Of a stretch of 64,000 nt of DNA, positions 12,826 to 24,439 are shown one piece after another (position 1 is the stretch's first letter; each line of letters begins with the position of its first letter). The notes under the pieces are model-generated. The model saw only the letters and a list, made by a program, of their open reading frames with translations. It had not been told where the DNA came from and ran no database searches. The translations under genes were made by a program, and so were the position numbers. Source of the stretch: Octopus bimaculoides. Taxonomy: Eukaryota. The stretch covers positions 41,035,828 to 41,099,827 of the forward strand of contig NC_068982.1 of the NCBI RefSeq assembly GCF_001194135.2, read 5' to 3'.

Positions 12826-13580
12826 CTAGCAGAGATACCCGGTGTTGCCCGTGTTACATGCAATTGAAGAATGAGACTTTTCTGTTATATTTTCTTTAAT
12901 GAACTGGAATACCTATGATTCGAATTTCATCAAAATTGCACATGAGGGTCCTTTCCCTCTTTACACACCATAAAAAATTCTAATCATGACACATGTATTC
13001 CATACTATTGATCTTTATGCGCATATTCCAAAATTCCAGTCTTCTGGAACCTGTAAAAAGGATTTTGCTCCTGAAAAATGGAGCTCATGAAGCTCTAAAA
13101 TGTGGGAATGAAGGCCCCTATTGGGGGTGGGGGTGTTAATGTCAACCAGAGAAGTTGAATTGTTGGGAATGTTTTTAACTTGGGTTTTATAGTATGCCTG
13201 TATATATGTGAGAGTATAGTTTCAGTATGAAATTGAAAGTATTAAAGTGAAAGTATCTGACATTACAGTAGCGACAGGTTATTGTTTCACTTTTGACACG
13301 TAATACTGAAATAGTGGAATAGTTTCAGTATTAAAGTGAAAGTATCTGACATTACAGTAGTGATGTTATTGTTTCACTTTTGACACGTAATACTGAAATA
13401 GTGGAGGAGATATGATATTGGTGTGGGCTCAAACTATGCAAGAAGTTAAACATTTTTTTAGTCTAAGACAATACACGGACCCTAATTAAGGCATGTGTAA
13501 ATTTGGAATGAAATTGGTTGTGTAGTTCTCAAGTTTTAGGGATTCACACAGACACACATTCTCATCTTTATATATATAGA
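12826..13580 (-). mobile_element. Non-autonomous Helitron (755 bp)
   Basis: Minus strand A|TCTATATATATAAAGATGAG...CACGGGCAACACCGGGTATCTCTGCTAG|T: 5' TC, subterminal GC hairpin, 3' CTAG, A/T target and no TSD. Confidence 0.85.
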
Positions 13581-13693
13581 TATATACACACACCGAAACA
13601 CACATATATATATGTATATCAATATAAATACATGAAAGTCAATGAAGTTTGGTAAAAGAAGGTGATCATGTACATACTTTCTAGCTGTTGTCA

Positions 13694-16600
13694 TTATAAC
13701 ACCACATTGTAATATTCCTTGTGGAGCATATGCAAATAGGTTTGTTTTGCTTCCCACTCTAGAGCAGCCAACATACAGTTGTCCATGTGAGAAGCAGGGC
13801 TCTTCCAAGAGAAGACCAGCTACAGAGAGGGCTTGACCCTAATATTTGTTAATGGACATGGCGAAAGTGACACAAAGGAGGAATTGTAGTCTTCTGAATG
13901 TAAAAGTAATGTCTGCTCCTGATGGAGTAAGAGGAATTCTTGGAATAATGACGTTATCACCTTTTCCACATCCAGAAAGAATGGTAGCCTCGATAACATG
14001 TGACATCATCTTCTTTATCACGAGTCGTGTTCCATTGCAAAGTCTTGGTGGTTCCAGATTGCGGAGTAGCATAACAGGCGTTCCAACTTTAAGTGATATG
14101 TGGGGAGGTAGTCCAGGAGGCTCCAACGAATTGAGAAATTCAGGAGGATAGTTCACCACTTCATTTGTATCTGGAACTGTATCAACAGACTTGTAAGTTC
14201 GAAGATTGCCATGAAGAGAATGCATCAGCTACGTTTTTTTGAGCAAATATTGCTCTTTCACACAGCCAATTGTGATTTAGGTAGTTTTCTTTGAAGTTGG
14301 GAAAGACTTTGTGTTTGAGGTCATCTACAGAATTAACAACAGAGCAAAATGGCCATACTTCCATTTCTCCTGCAGCATCGAGAGGCACCTTGCCATCACC
14401 AATTGTCAAAATGTCCTGTGCAAACTTCTTGGACATTTGGTTGCCGTGTAGCTGAGCTCTCATGCTAGTGTTAAGACTGAGGATGGTAACATGATGCCAC
14501 AGGGTAGAGGACTTTCAGCATGCTTGGACCTCATCTGCTCTAGTGCCTTTCGGAATGACAGGAAGAGTTTGCCTGAAATCACCTGACAACAGAAGCGTAA
14601 CACCTCCCATTGGAGCATGACAGTCTTGGATGTCTTTCAGGGCTCTATCTAATGCTTCCAAAGCTCTCTTGTGAGCCATGGTGCATTCATCCCAGACAAT
14701 TAGATGACACCTTTGAAGCACATGCCCTGATCTGAGCTTTGGGTGATGTTGCATGAAAGCATGTCGGATGCTGCTAAATTGAGAAGGAGTTTGAAAGTAG
14801 AGTGTGCTGTCCTGCCACTGGGTAACAAAGTAGCTGCAATCCCAGAGGAAGCCACAGCTACTGCAATATCCTGATGCTGCCAAATTTGTGCAAGGAGAAG
14901 CTTTATGTTTTTCTTGTCCCTCCAGGAGCATCAAGGAAGAAGATTCGTCCATCACATTGGCGTACACTGTTAATAATAGTTGTGTAGGCCTGCAGCTGGT
15001 CCGGAAGTAATTTATGCTCGTTTTCAGCAATGTACTTTGAAAGTGCTTGAGTGTCGTAAGATGTTTCACGAATGACAGCAGTGGGAAGGCTATTTGACCC
15101 TGACCTGAATGTTTGTGGCAGGCCATAGGTGGACAATTCATTACCACCCAGTGTGGCAATTCTGTCTTCAATGTCAATGAGGGTTTTGTTGTAGACTTCA
15201 TTGCTGATATCCTCCATGTCAGGATAGAGCCATTGAGCTTGCCGCTGAAAGTCTTCAGTCAGGTTGTCCCTGTACTTGAGCCATAGAGTTGCAGGATCAC
15301 ACAGTTCGCATGTCTGTAGTAATACTGCAAATAGTGCCCTGATAAAGCAGCCTCTCCCAAAGTTGCATCCCATTGTGCACCATCTTCCAACAGTCCTTGT
15401 TGATAGCAGGCTTCTCTGTATGTTGTGCAGACATGTTCATGAATGGTTTTTAAGGCCTGGAAAGACGTGGGGCCTCTGACTTCATGCAGTAGTAGGCGGA
15501 GGTAGAAGCACTCTTGTTGAGTGGGATGTACTGTGTATACTCGGCCAAGGCAAGTGTCAAACTTAATGCCAGGGTATCCATGAACATTTTGACCTGCTTT
15601 CCTTGGAGTCCATTGTTTTCCATTCCAAGTGTAGTGCGATGGAATCTGTGGATACAGTAAGGTTTGAGCGAATGGATCCACTTGACAGAGCTTGAAGAAT
15701 GCAGTGAGTGTGCTATCCCTTGGTTGCTCTGCCAACAGAGAAGCATTAGCATTGGTGAAGTACGCTCTTTGACTGTTTTCCAGGTGCACTGCAAGCTGTT
15801 GAATGGCGGGGTGTCGTTGGTGAAGTGGTAAGCCAAAGATGCGCCAGAAAGCCTCGTTGCTACTTATGTAGCGCCCCACCTGATAGTGCGTCACCTCATC
15901 CTGGCAGTATTGTTGTTGAAGTGCAAACATTGCAGCGTCAGAATCCTTGTTCACATACTTGCAAACATATTTGATGGACTTAACGGAGTTGCAAAACTCA
16001 ACGTTAATGTGGGCATTGAAGATCTTTGACAGGAGTGGGCAGTAAGCAACAATCCATCTATTATCAACCTCATGCTGTCCAATAGTTGCTGTGAAACTGC
16101 CGTCTTGTGGTTTTCTCCGTCTGTATGATGAATACCCATCAGTACCTGTCTGAGTTTGTTGTAGGAACTTCCTTGGAAACTTTTTTGAACATACGCTGTC
16201 TTTCAAACATGGTGAGTTAATGTTGAATCCACGCCCACATGGACCATGCACCATGTTTGCTTTAACTAAGTGCGATGGATCAGGAAGTTCTGCAGATATT
16301 ATGTTGCCGATGTCAGTTGATTTGATCTTCGTTGAGAGCCAAAGCAGGATATGAGCATGTGGAAGGCCCCTTTTTTGCCATTCAATTGTGTACATGTCAC
16401 ATTGTATGGGTCCGAAGATTTGCCCTTTTTTTAGGAGGTCCATGAGAGTAATTAATTTCAGATGGATAACTCGGGCGAGGAGGTCATGCCTGTCTTTAGG
16501 CTTTTGACCTAAGAAGTGTTCGGCCTGAATCTCCTTCCACTTGGGATTGCATGTGAAAGTGATGAATAAGTCAGGCCTGCCGTAATGGTCGACAAAGGTC

Positions 16601-17150
16601 ATTGCATCCCGTGTTCTTTCATGCATATATCGGGGACTTCCAGTGAATGTGGAAGGCAAGATGCAAAGTCTTCCTATGCTTGTTGGAGCAGCATCATTGT
16701 TGATGGCATCTCGGAGATGGATGTAGTTGTCAGAGCGCAATCTCTCTGATTCCATTTTTGCGCACATATCAACTGCAAATTGATTAAACAGATCTCGAGA
16801 CTGGTGGAGGTGATTAGAGGAGTTGTCTCGTGTCATAAATCGGTATGAGTAGAAGTCCATGCAGGATACTGGCTTGTTGAGATATTCATTACGATTTTGT
16901 GGATGTTGCTGTGGTATACCGATGTGGTAGCCATCCTCACCATAAACAAACAGAAGTGGATACTGAAGTGTATCGTATGATCGGTGTGTTTCTGTAATTC
17001 GTTGGAGGGTGGTGTCACGTCGCCTAAGGACAATGTCTCTGGGATTGTGCTGTTCACCGTGAAGGAGTACAGCTATTTCATTGCATGTGGGTGCATTGTA
17101 ACGGCTTGCATGTTCTGTAGATGGTCTTTTCTGAGCATCTATGATAACAG
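13694..17150 (-). mobile_element. Decayed autonomous Helitron, Rep (HUH) + PIF1-like helicase, 5'-truncated and frameshifted
   Basis: Rep motifs FITFTCNPKW, IEWQKRGLPHAHILLWL and KYVCKYVNK. Helicase motifs LDAPGGT(R)[44 protein letters not shown] and CFSHGQLYVGCSRV. The terminal YNVVL* ends at 13694. Split over several ORFs. Confidence 0.95.
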
Positions 17151-18074
17151 TAAGAAGTGAAAGAAGTGCAAGTGTTATTGCTCCGTATGAAGTACCCTGT
17201 TAGCCTATTGTTAGTGAAAGAAATGGAAAAGAATAGAAAATGTAAGAAATGAAGTGAATAAATGTAAAAGATTGCTCGGCGCCTGCATTAGGGAAGAAGT
17301 ATGGAATTATTTGGAAAGTAGGAGTCGTGACAGGGAATAGAAAAAGAAGGTATTATTGTAGCATAATTTGAATGTCCGTGATGAAAGACATATGAATGGG
17401 CTGGAAAAGAAAGAAAGAGAATAGTTGGGAGTTGATATGCAGGTGTAGTTTGAGACATTAACAGAATTGTTTTGTATTTGTAAGACGTCATGCCTACAGG
17501 CATTGACAATCAAAGACCTCTGTGCCAAAATCTGAAGATTCCTGTGTTCTTTCTAGGCAAGATAACTGTGCATTCCCATTGTCTTCTATCGGTCTATAGC
17601 AAAAGACACTTGCCCAAGGTGCCATGTAGTGGGACTGAACCCAAAACCACATGGTTGGGAATAAAACTTATTGTCACACAGCCACTCTGCCTATTTGTCT
17701 CCTGAGCTTACCCTTGGGACACATGATTTATTTAATCCTTAAGTAGGGCATGTCTAAGGACCAGCTCAGCTCCAAGTCCTGCATGCCTTAACCACAGAAC
17801 CATCTTCTGCTATCTAACCCATTACTGAAGTCCTTGACTATCACCCTGGGTCAGAACAGATTTAAGAATAATGGTGAGTAAGGTGTAACTGTATACTCCC
17901 TAAGACTCTCTGAACTCTCCAGATGAAGTTTCACAACTTGATTCAATTTAATGTGTTGCTCAGGTCACAGCATATGCTTGATATTTTTTCTTTATCAAGT
18001 AATTTTGGTAAAGCACTATATGGTATTATTCTAAAGAAATTTGGTGTATAAGGCTGGAAAACACAAAGCAGAAC

Positions 18075-18259
18075 AAAGTTGCAGTTTTACTTTGTATTTC
18101 TGTATTACAGAGATATAACCCCCATCTTCCAGGACATTTGGAAAAAGCAAGGGCTGGAAAAGTCATTGCTCAGATGTATGAGTAATGACTTTTCCAGCCC
18201 TTGCTTTCTCAAGGAGTTATAACTTGTAATATATAAATACAAGGTAAAACTGCAACTTT
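18075..18259. repeat. Nested fold-back element (outer ~45-bp IR, inner 29-bp IR)
   Basis: Inner arms 18144-18172 / 18179-18207 (28/29 match, 6-nt loop). Outer arms 18075-18119 / 18216-18259. Confidence 0.9.
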
Positions 18260-18449
18260 TTTTCTTTTTTCGTAGCTTACTTTGTACCTTCTCGCACGTA
18301 CCTTACACAACAAATCTCTTTAAATGGCACCTTAAGTAAGTGCCTTCTACTAGAGCCCCTAGAGCAACCGGAGTTTTGTGAGTGGATTTGAAACAGAAAC
18401 TGAAAGAAGCTTATTGTGTGTGTGTGCGTGAGTCAACTTTGTTTCTTCA

Positions 18450-18890
18450 TAACTTTCAGAAAATAAGTGTGATGATGTGAAGATGGAAACTGAAGTCCCC
18501 CCACACACACACTAGGCACAAACCTGATGGGAAACAACAATACTGCTGAACAACCATGGTTAAATATGGCTGGAGCTGAGAAAACATTTTTGGACATCAG
18601 GGTTATGCATCTCAGCACACCAACATATATAAACAAGAATTTGCCTTGGGTTTATGCAGCACATGAATGGAAGAAGAGATGTTACAATGATCTGGTGCTT
18701 CAAATAGAAAATAGCTCATTCACTCCCATAGTTAGGTCCACATCAGGAGGGACAGAACAGACTAACAAGCACTAAATTGTTAAGAAACGAAACGAAAGAT
18801 ATTCTGATGTTCTAAACTATATAAGAACAAGAATTAAATTCAGTCAACTAAAGAGCATTCTAACTGCAATTCATGGAATAAGACGGAACA
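18450..18890 (+). mobile_element. CRE-clade non-LTR retrotransposon 3' fragment (restriction-like endonuclease region)
   Basis: TFLDIRVMH...HEWKKRCYNDLVLQIENSSFTPIVRSTSGG, then KRNERYSDVLNYIRTRIKFSQLKSILTAIHG, matching the CRE pattern FFDVRV...HE.EKKR.Y...E..SFTPLVFSTTGG...IRTKLSF. Contains stops and frameshifts. Confidence 0.7.
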
Positions 18891-19886
18891 AACTTCACCT
18901 ATTTCCATGCTGTTGTTCAACCTCACTGAATTCACCGAAGACTTCTAGGAAGTTTTATACATAGTCCCTAATCTTTACAGTGCAATTCTCAGCACTATCA
19001 TTCATCGACATATAATTCATTTAATGAAATTTTCTACAAAACGGAATTTGTGAAAATTTTTTTTGAGAGGGATTTTGGAGGATTCAAATGTGCAGTTAGG
19101 TAAAGTAAACCACACAGATGCTTTACCCCAACACAAAAGCTGCAGGAACTACTGAGAAATTTTGCAATCTCTTCTAAATTCATTGCAATACCGGACACCC
19201 ATGTTGTCAGCATGTATCTCAGGTTCACAAGCCCTCCACCTCTTAGCCTGTATGCATCGTCTGAGTGGGGCAGCGATGACTGCTAATTTCTAGTTAATTT
19301 CCACAAAAATGAAAATATTGGCACCGATAGTTGCAAAGGGAGGTAAGCACGTCACTCAAATTCGTAGAATTTTTTTTTTTAATTCTAACAAAGTGTGACA
19401 GTTTACATCTAAAGGTACTCCCCCAAAACACCCCTTTTTTTTTATTTAATTTTTTTTTCTACACAANNNNNNNNNNNNNNNNNNNNNNNNNNNNNNNNNN
19501 NNNNNNNNNNNNNNNNNNNNNNNNNNNNNNNNNNNNNNNNNNNNNNNNNNNNNNNNNNNNNNNNNNNNNNNNNNNNNNNNNNNNNNNNNNNNNNNNNNNN
19601 NNNNNNNNNNNNNNNNNNNNNNNNNNNNNNNNNNNNNNNNNNNNNNNNNNNNNNNNNNNNNNNNNNNNNNNNNNNNNNNNNNNNNNNNNNNNNNNTATGC
19701 AGAAAAATACGGAGATTGTGATTCTGAAAAAAAATTCCAAAACTTTTTCTACTTAGGGTTTCAGGGTTACGGAAAAAAAATGAAAAATGAAGAAATTGGA
19801 GGGGAGGGAGTACGGGGGAGGGGAGATAAAAAAAAATTCAAAATTCCGATTTTTTGCAATTTTCCGGTATCTCTGTATCCAAAAAC

Positions 19887-19980
19887 GGGTAATTTTTCAG
19901 ATTAACACCCGCACGATGACCTAAACATAACCCTAAAACTCTAGTGAAATTCGTGCGGGTGTTAATCTGAAAAATTACCC
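19887..19980. repeat. Perfect 30-bp inverted repeat with 34-nt spacer
   Basis: gggtaatttttcagattaacacccgcacga (19887-19916) and its exact reverse complement (19951-19980). Confidence 0.95.
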
Positions 19981-20532
19981 AAAAACGTGGGTTTTTGGCA
20001 AAAAAAAAATTAAAAAAAAGAAAGTAATTTGCGAGAAAATGGAGTGGGGAGAGTCTTTCCCTGAAATTATCACACGACATTAATAGACTAAATAGACTAG
20101 TTTGCAAAAAGTGCTGAATCAAACGTGTTGGGCCTCTTAGAGTTAGTAACAAACGAAAACATTAGGGAATGCCAACATTAATTGCATAACCATCACTAAT
20201 TTCATCGAATTCAAAACTTCCTAAAAAGTAACATTGCTTTTATTCTGAAGGAGGTCATACCAAACTTCGAATAAACAAATATAGCTGTTGACCACTATAT
20301 AATATCTATAACAGGCATGGGAAATCTTTTATAAGGAGAGTCGCATAAAACATAGCTTATCATCAGGTGAACCGCACAAAAACAAAAATTCCTATCTGTG
20401 ATATTTAAGTTTAAAGACATAAAATCGATGAAATCTGATTCCGAAAATAAATACAAGGCTTAAATGAAATTTAAATGCACTGATGAACAGAGAAAACGAT
20501 GATTATAAGAAATATAAAATATATGGTAATAC

Positions 20533-20638
20533 CTGATTTTTATATATACATAAACTGTATATACATCAAGAAACATGTGTTATTATACAGACTTGCACCA
20601 TGCTGGTGGTGGGTTTCAAATCGGCGCTACAACAGAGG
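20533..20638 (-). CDS. Candidate first coding exon of the RPP14-like gene (uncertain)
   Basis: Good acceptor ttcttttttcccatcag| and donor cag|gtatta. ATG at 20576 gives MFLDVYTVYVYIKI+ag, a phase 2 end that would join the 8088 exon (YVYIKIR-EF versus human YHYMKVCL-EF). The sequence is low complexity, so this may be coincidence. Confidence 0.2.
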
Positions 20639-20839
20639 CTGATGGGAAAAAAGAATCGCCAGTAAAAGTGATAAAATTTCCACGAAAATGTTTCTAGTCT
20701 ACTTTTTAAACAAATTAATATACAAAATCTCTGGTTTAGAATAGGAAATTGAAAATCAATTGAATTATAAATTAAATACTCGTGTTATACGTACTTTTAT
20801 ATCAACGTTCAGGTGTTGTTATCGCAAATAGAGAATATG

Positions 20840-21135
20840 TTTACCTGAGTAAAAAATATTTATAAATATAGAGTTCGTATTATTTTAATTAAAAATAAGT
20901 ATATAAGTACTTTAAGAGAAATATTTTGGTAAAATAAAAAAAAAAAACACTTCTCGTCAAGGTTACATAGTTGTTGTTTATAGGCCGCTCCCCTCATTAA
21001 CATATATGCTATGGAAGCGTTGGCTGTATTGACATTAATTGGCGTTGTTGCCGCTCTCCTATAGCAATGTTAGAGTCATGGCTATAAACATACCTTTGGA
21101 TACACCTGGCAATCGTAACAAACTGTAGGTATTAT
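20840..21135. promoter_or_regulatory. Putative bidirectional promoter / non-coding first exons between the divergent genes
   Basis: Locally CpG-containing motifs (ggccgctcccc, ttggcgttgttgccgctctcc). Outward-facing donors: minus ctcag|gtaaac at 20843-44 and plus tgtag|gtatt at 21129-30. Confidence 0.35.
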
Positions 21136-21667
21136 TTGTTATAAATAATTTAACATATCCCGTAAAAAAAAAAAAAACTATGGAGAGACCTGAAGATTGT
21201 ATTGGGATCTTACCAGTCTTCCGTTTTCTTTAATACACTGTAAACATAGAAACTGGTGTGAAAACAAACACAAAAAGGTTGGAGATTGCATAACTTGACG
21301 GCGATCACCTAAAAGGTTAATGCCTCCGGATATTGTAAAAGATGCCTATAGTGAACTGTTTAATTATCTTTGTGATAAAAGTAGGGATTTTGAAAATTCT
21401 TTCGATAGATTCATTGGTGTCCAGCTTGTGTCTCGCCGTTTCAAATTTCTCCCAGCCTCAGTTACCACAACACCAAAACATTCCGTTTATTATTTCTCTG
21501 TGCTCTCTCATAACAATTGCTCTCCTCCTGTCTCTGTCGGTTCCATTTGTTTTTTGTCCAGCCCTCTTCTTTCTCTTCGCTTTCATCTCCACTTGTTCTT
21601 TAAAAAGCCTCATTACAACGAAAAATCATTTCTTCTCATACCCTTGTCATCTGAATGGTTTTCAACC

Positions 21668-23442
21668 ATGGGAAAGTGTATCGAACCTGAAACTAGAAGA
21701 AAATCGCCCAAAACAACTCATGATGGTGCCAGAATGAAACCGGTCATGAGTGAAGAATTGGATTTTACCGCCCATACACTGTCTTCTGATCGACTGGGCA
21801 AAATTATTGATGAGATAGATGACAAGTGTAATGAAATGAGAGATGAACAAGCAATTCCTGTCGTTAAACTATTCCCCACCAACCTCTATGGTGATATCAA
21901 CCCGATAAAATCTCACATCGAGAACACAACTATAACCACCACCATCACCACAACCACAACAACAACAAGCAGCTCTAACAGCTGCAATACCTCCCCTTTT
22001 GTTACTTCTGCATCCCCCCACTGTTTTACCTCCCTTAAGGAGAGTAATACTTCTACACTTCATTCTAACCAAGAAGAAATAGTAGCATCAAATAACGACA
22101 AATCTTGTGCAGATGTGATCCACACACGAACTCTTATCATTGGCTGTGGTGCTTCAAATAGTAGTAATCAGTGTGGTGATACTATTAGTGCAGCAACTGG
22201 CCGCTCAGTTATTGGTAGCAGTAACTCTAACAGTCACCCTGCTGTTTCTTGTAGCTCTAACAGACAACAAACCGGAGACCCTGTCTCAACAACAATTGAT
22301 AACAACAAGCAATCTTCTGGCGGCATTAGTACAATTAATGTCGAAGATTCTTCGGAAGATACACAACAAAATCGCGAAAATGGTCGCAAGAAAGCAGAAG
22401 GTGCTGCAGTCTCGTATACACTACCACTCGAACGGCTTTCAGTCGTTGATTTAAATTCTGATGAGGATGAGAAATGTTCTGTTCAACAATCTAATGAAGA
22501 TTCGATTAGATTCGGAAATTCCATTCCTAACAATTGTCATCGGGAATCTAAACAGTCAACACAGTATTCCGTTGAGAAGATAAACGATTCTTCCTTGACG
22601 TCGGCTTCTGGTGCTAGCGGTCATCCGAAAGGCAAAAACCAAGATACCAAGTCACATTTATCGAATAACAGGAGTCTTGAATTGCCTTTGACGAATGGAT
22701 TAACTCGAATTGTGGAGAGTAACTTGGCTTCTTGTTGTGATCTTGGCCATAACTTTCTTTGCCAGAATACTACCAGTGGTACAACAACCCCATCCATGTC
22801 TCCGATTGACGATGTCACTGTTATGGTAGGTAAAAACGGAAAGTTATCTACTGTACTTGAAAACATTCCTCTTTTGTACATCCCCACCACCAAACAGTTG
22901 GTGTCTCAGGACTGGAATTCAGTGACCCCTGGTAGTATTGAACATGGCAAACAGAAAGAAATAGAATATGTTCCTATGACTTGTAAATTTAAAAACGAAG
23001 ACAAATCTTCAAATTGTGAAAAAGATTATGTAGAAGTTGATCAGAGTCCTCGGAGCACAAGCTGTTCGTTGAACTGTGTGGATACATCTAGTCTATCTAG
23101 TCTAAGTACCTGTACAGATGTTGCTTGCGGTGTTTCGGTGGCATCAGGGGTCAGTGATGAATTCAGTGACAATTCCGCATCAACGGGAACCCCAGTTAAT
23201 ACTGAAGCAACTACTAGTTGTGCAATTTCTAATGTTTCTTCTACTGGGACCAACTCGCAGAACTCTACATTCGATACTACCAACCCGTTGGAATCGTGTC
23301 TTGTAGAGGTCAACTTACACTCTAGGAATTCTTACGAACCAACACGAAACCAATGGCCACCGTCAACACCTCAGGACCAAAATTTATTCATTCGAGATTG
23401 TACAAAACGGAAAAGTATCGGACTGACAGGATTTCTTGGCAG
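21668..23442 (+). CDS. TBC1D14: First coding exon (591 codons + 2 nt) of a TBC1D12/TBC1D14-family Rab-GAP-domain protein; long S/T/N-rich N-terminus
   Basis: Lies in the 708-aa ORF, starts at accATGG (21668) and ends at a strong donor cag|gtaaga (23443). Four motifs occur in the order I recall for human TBC1D14: LLYIPTTKQL (LYSPTSKAL), DTSSLSSLSTCTD (DDVSVCSVSSLGTE), LVEVNLHS (FTNVTLSS) and KSIGLTGFLGR| (KILGPFSNFFAR|). The TBC domain is not in the window; TBC1D12 and TBC1D14 are probably co-orthologs. Confidence 0.7.
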
Positions 23443-23489
23443 GTAAGATTTAATACATACATGTGTGTGCGTGTGTATGTATGTATATA

Positions 23490-23532
<43 letters not shown>

Positions 23533-24439
23533 GTTGAACCCCCAACCCTCTCACGTTATATATATATATATATACACACATACATACATACATACACAGG
23601 CGAAAGTAAAGAATACACACATATATGTGATATTTTTATAGCTTGTGTTTATTATTCGATAAAAATCTTTGTTAATGTATAAATACTGTTATATCTGTCA
23701 ACACGAGAATAACTGTTTCTTGGTAAAGAATACAAGCAAAGCATAGAAAGTAACTAAATTGGAAGGATAGCGATTTTTTTTTAATGGTTTTCAGTAGTTC
23801 TACACCAATATGTGTTTTCCACAAAACTCGAGATTTAATAAATATTACATTTTGTTTTATTGTAGGATGCTTATTGAAAGTAAAACATGCTTTGAGTGTA
23901 AAATGTTTATTTGTCATTGTAAAACCTGTTACTCTCCCCTCTTGTTCAGAGTTTAAGCTATCTAAACGGAAGAGTGTTGGAAGCTAATTTTATAGCAAGC
24001 ACCTCTACCCTGTTTTCACGAATTCCCATTCTAGATATGTGCCATAAATGTCTTTTTTTTACTACCAGTTTAACACTAACATTAAGCTAATAAAATTCAA
24101 TGGTATGTTTCTACTCGGCAATTTATAACCAGGGAGAGTCAAATACAAATAGACATTATTATTTTGAGAGAACTTATTTAAACAAAGGATGTTTCCTCTA
24201 TAATTTTTTTTTTTTTTATCATTCAGAGCATGACTATATGTTAATGGTATGTAAGCGTGCATGGCGATTTTTTTTTTTTTTAAACAGAAAAAAATTACTA
24301 CCAACTATTTAGGTTTCTTTCTCCATAGCATTGCTTTCCTAATAAAAACTATTTCTCTGAAATACGCCCCGCCTGCTCATATTCCGTACCCATTTAATGC
24401 AACTATGTTTGCAGCTATGGCTTGTTAGGTATTACTCTA

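Noticed and set aside
21320-21667. In-frame 116-codon N-terminal extension of the 708-aa ORF
   Set aside because: It runs through a polypyrimidine tract and acceptor-like region with F/S/L-rich composition. The ATG at 21668 has a strong accATGG context.
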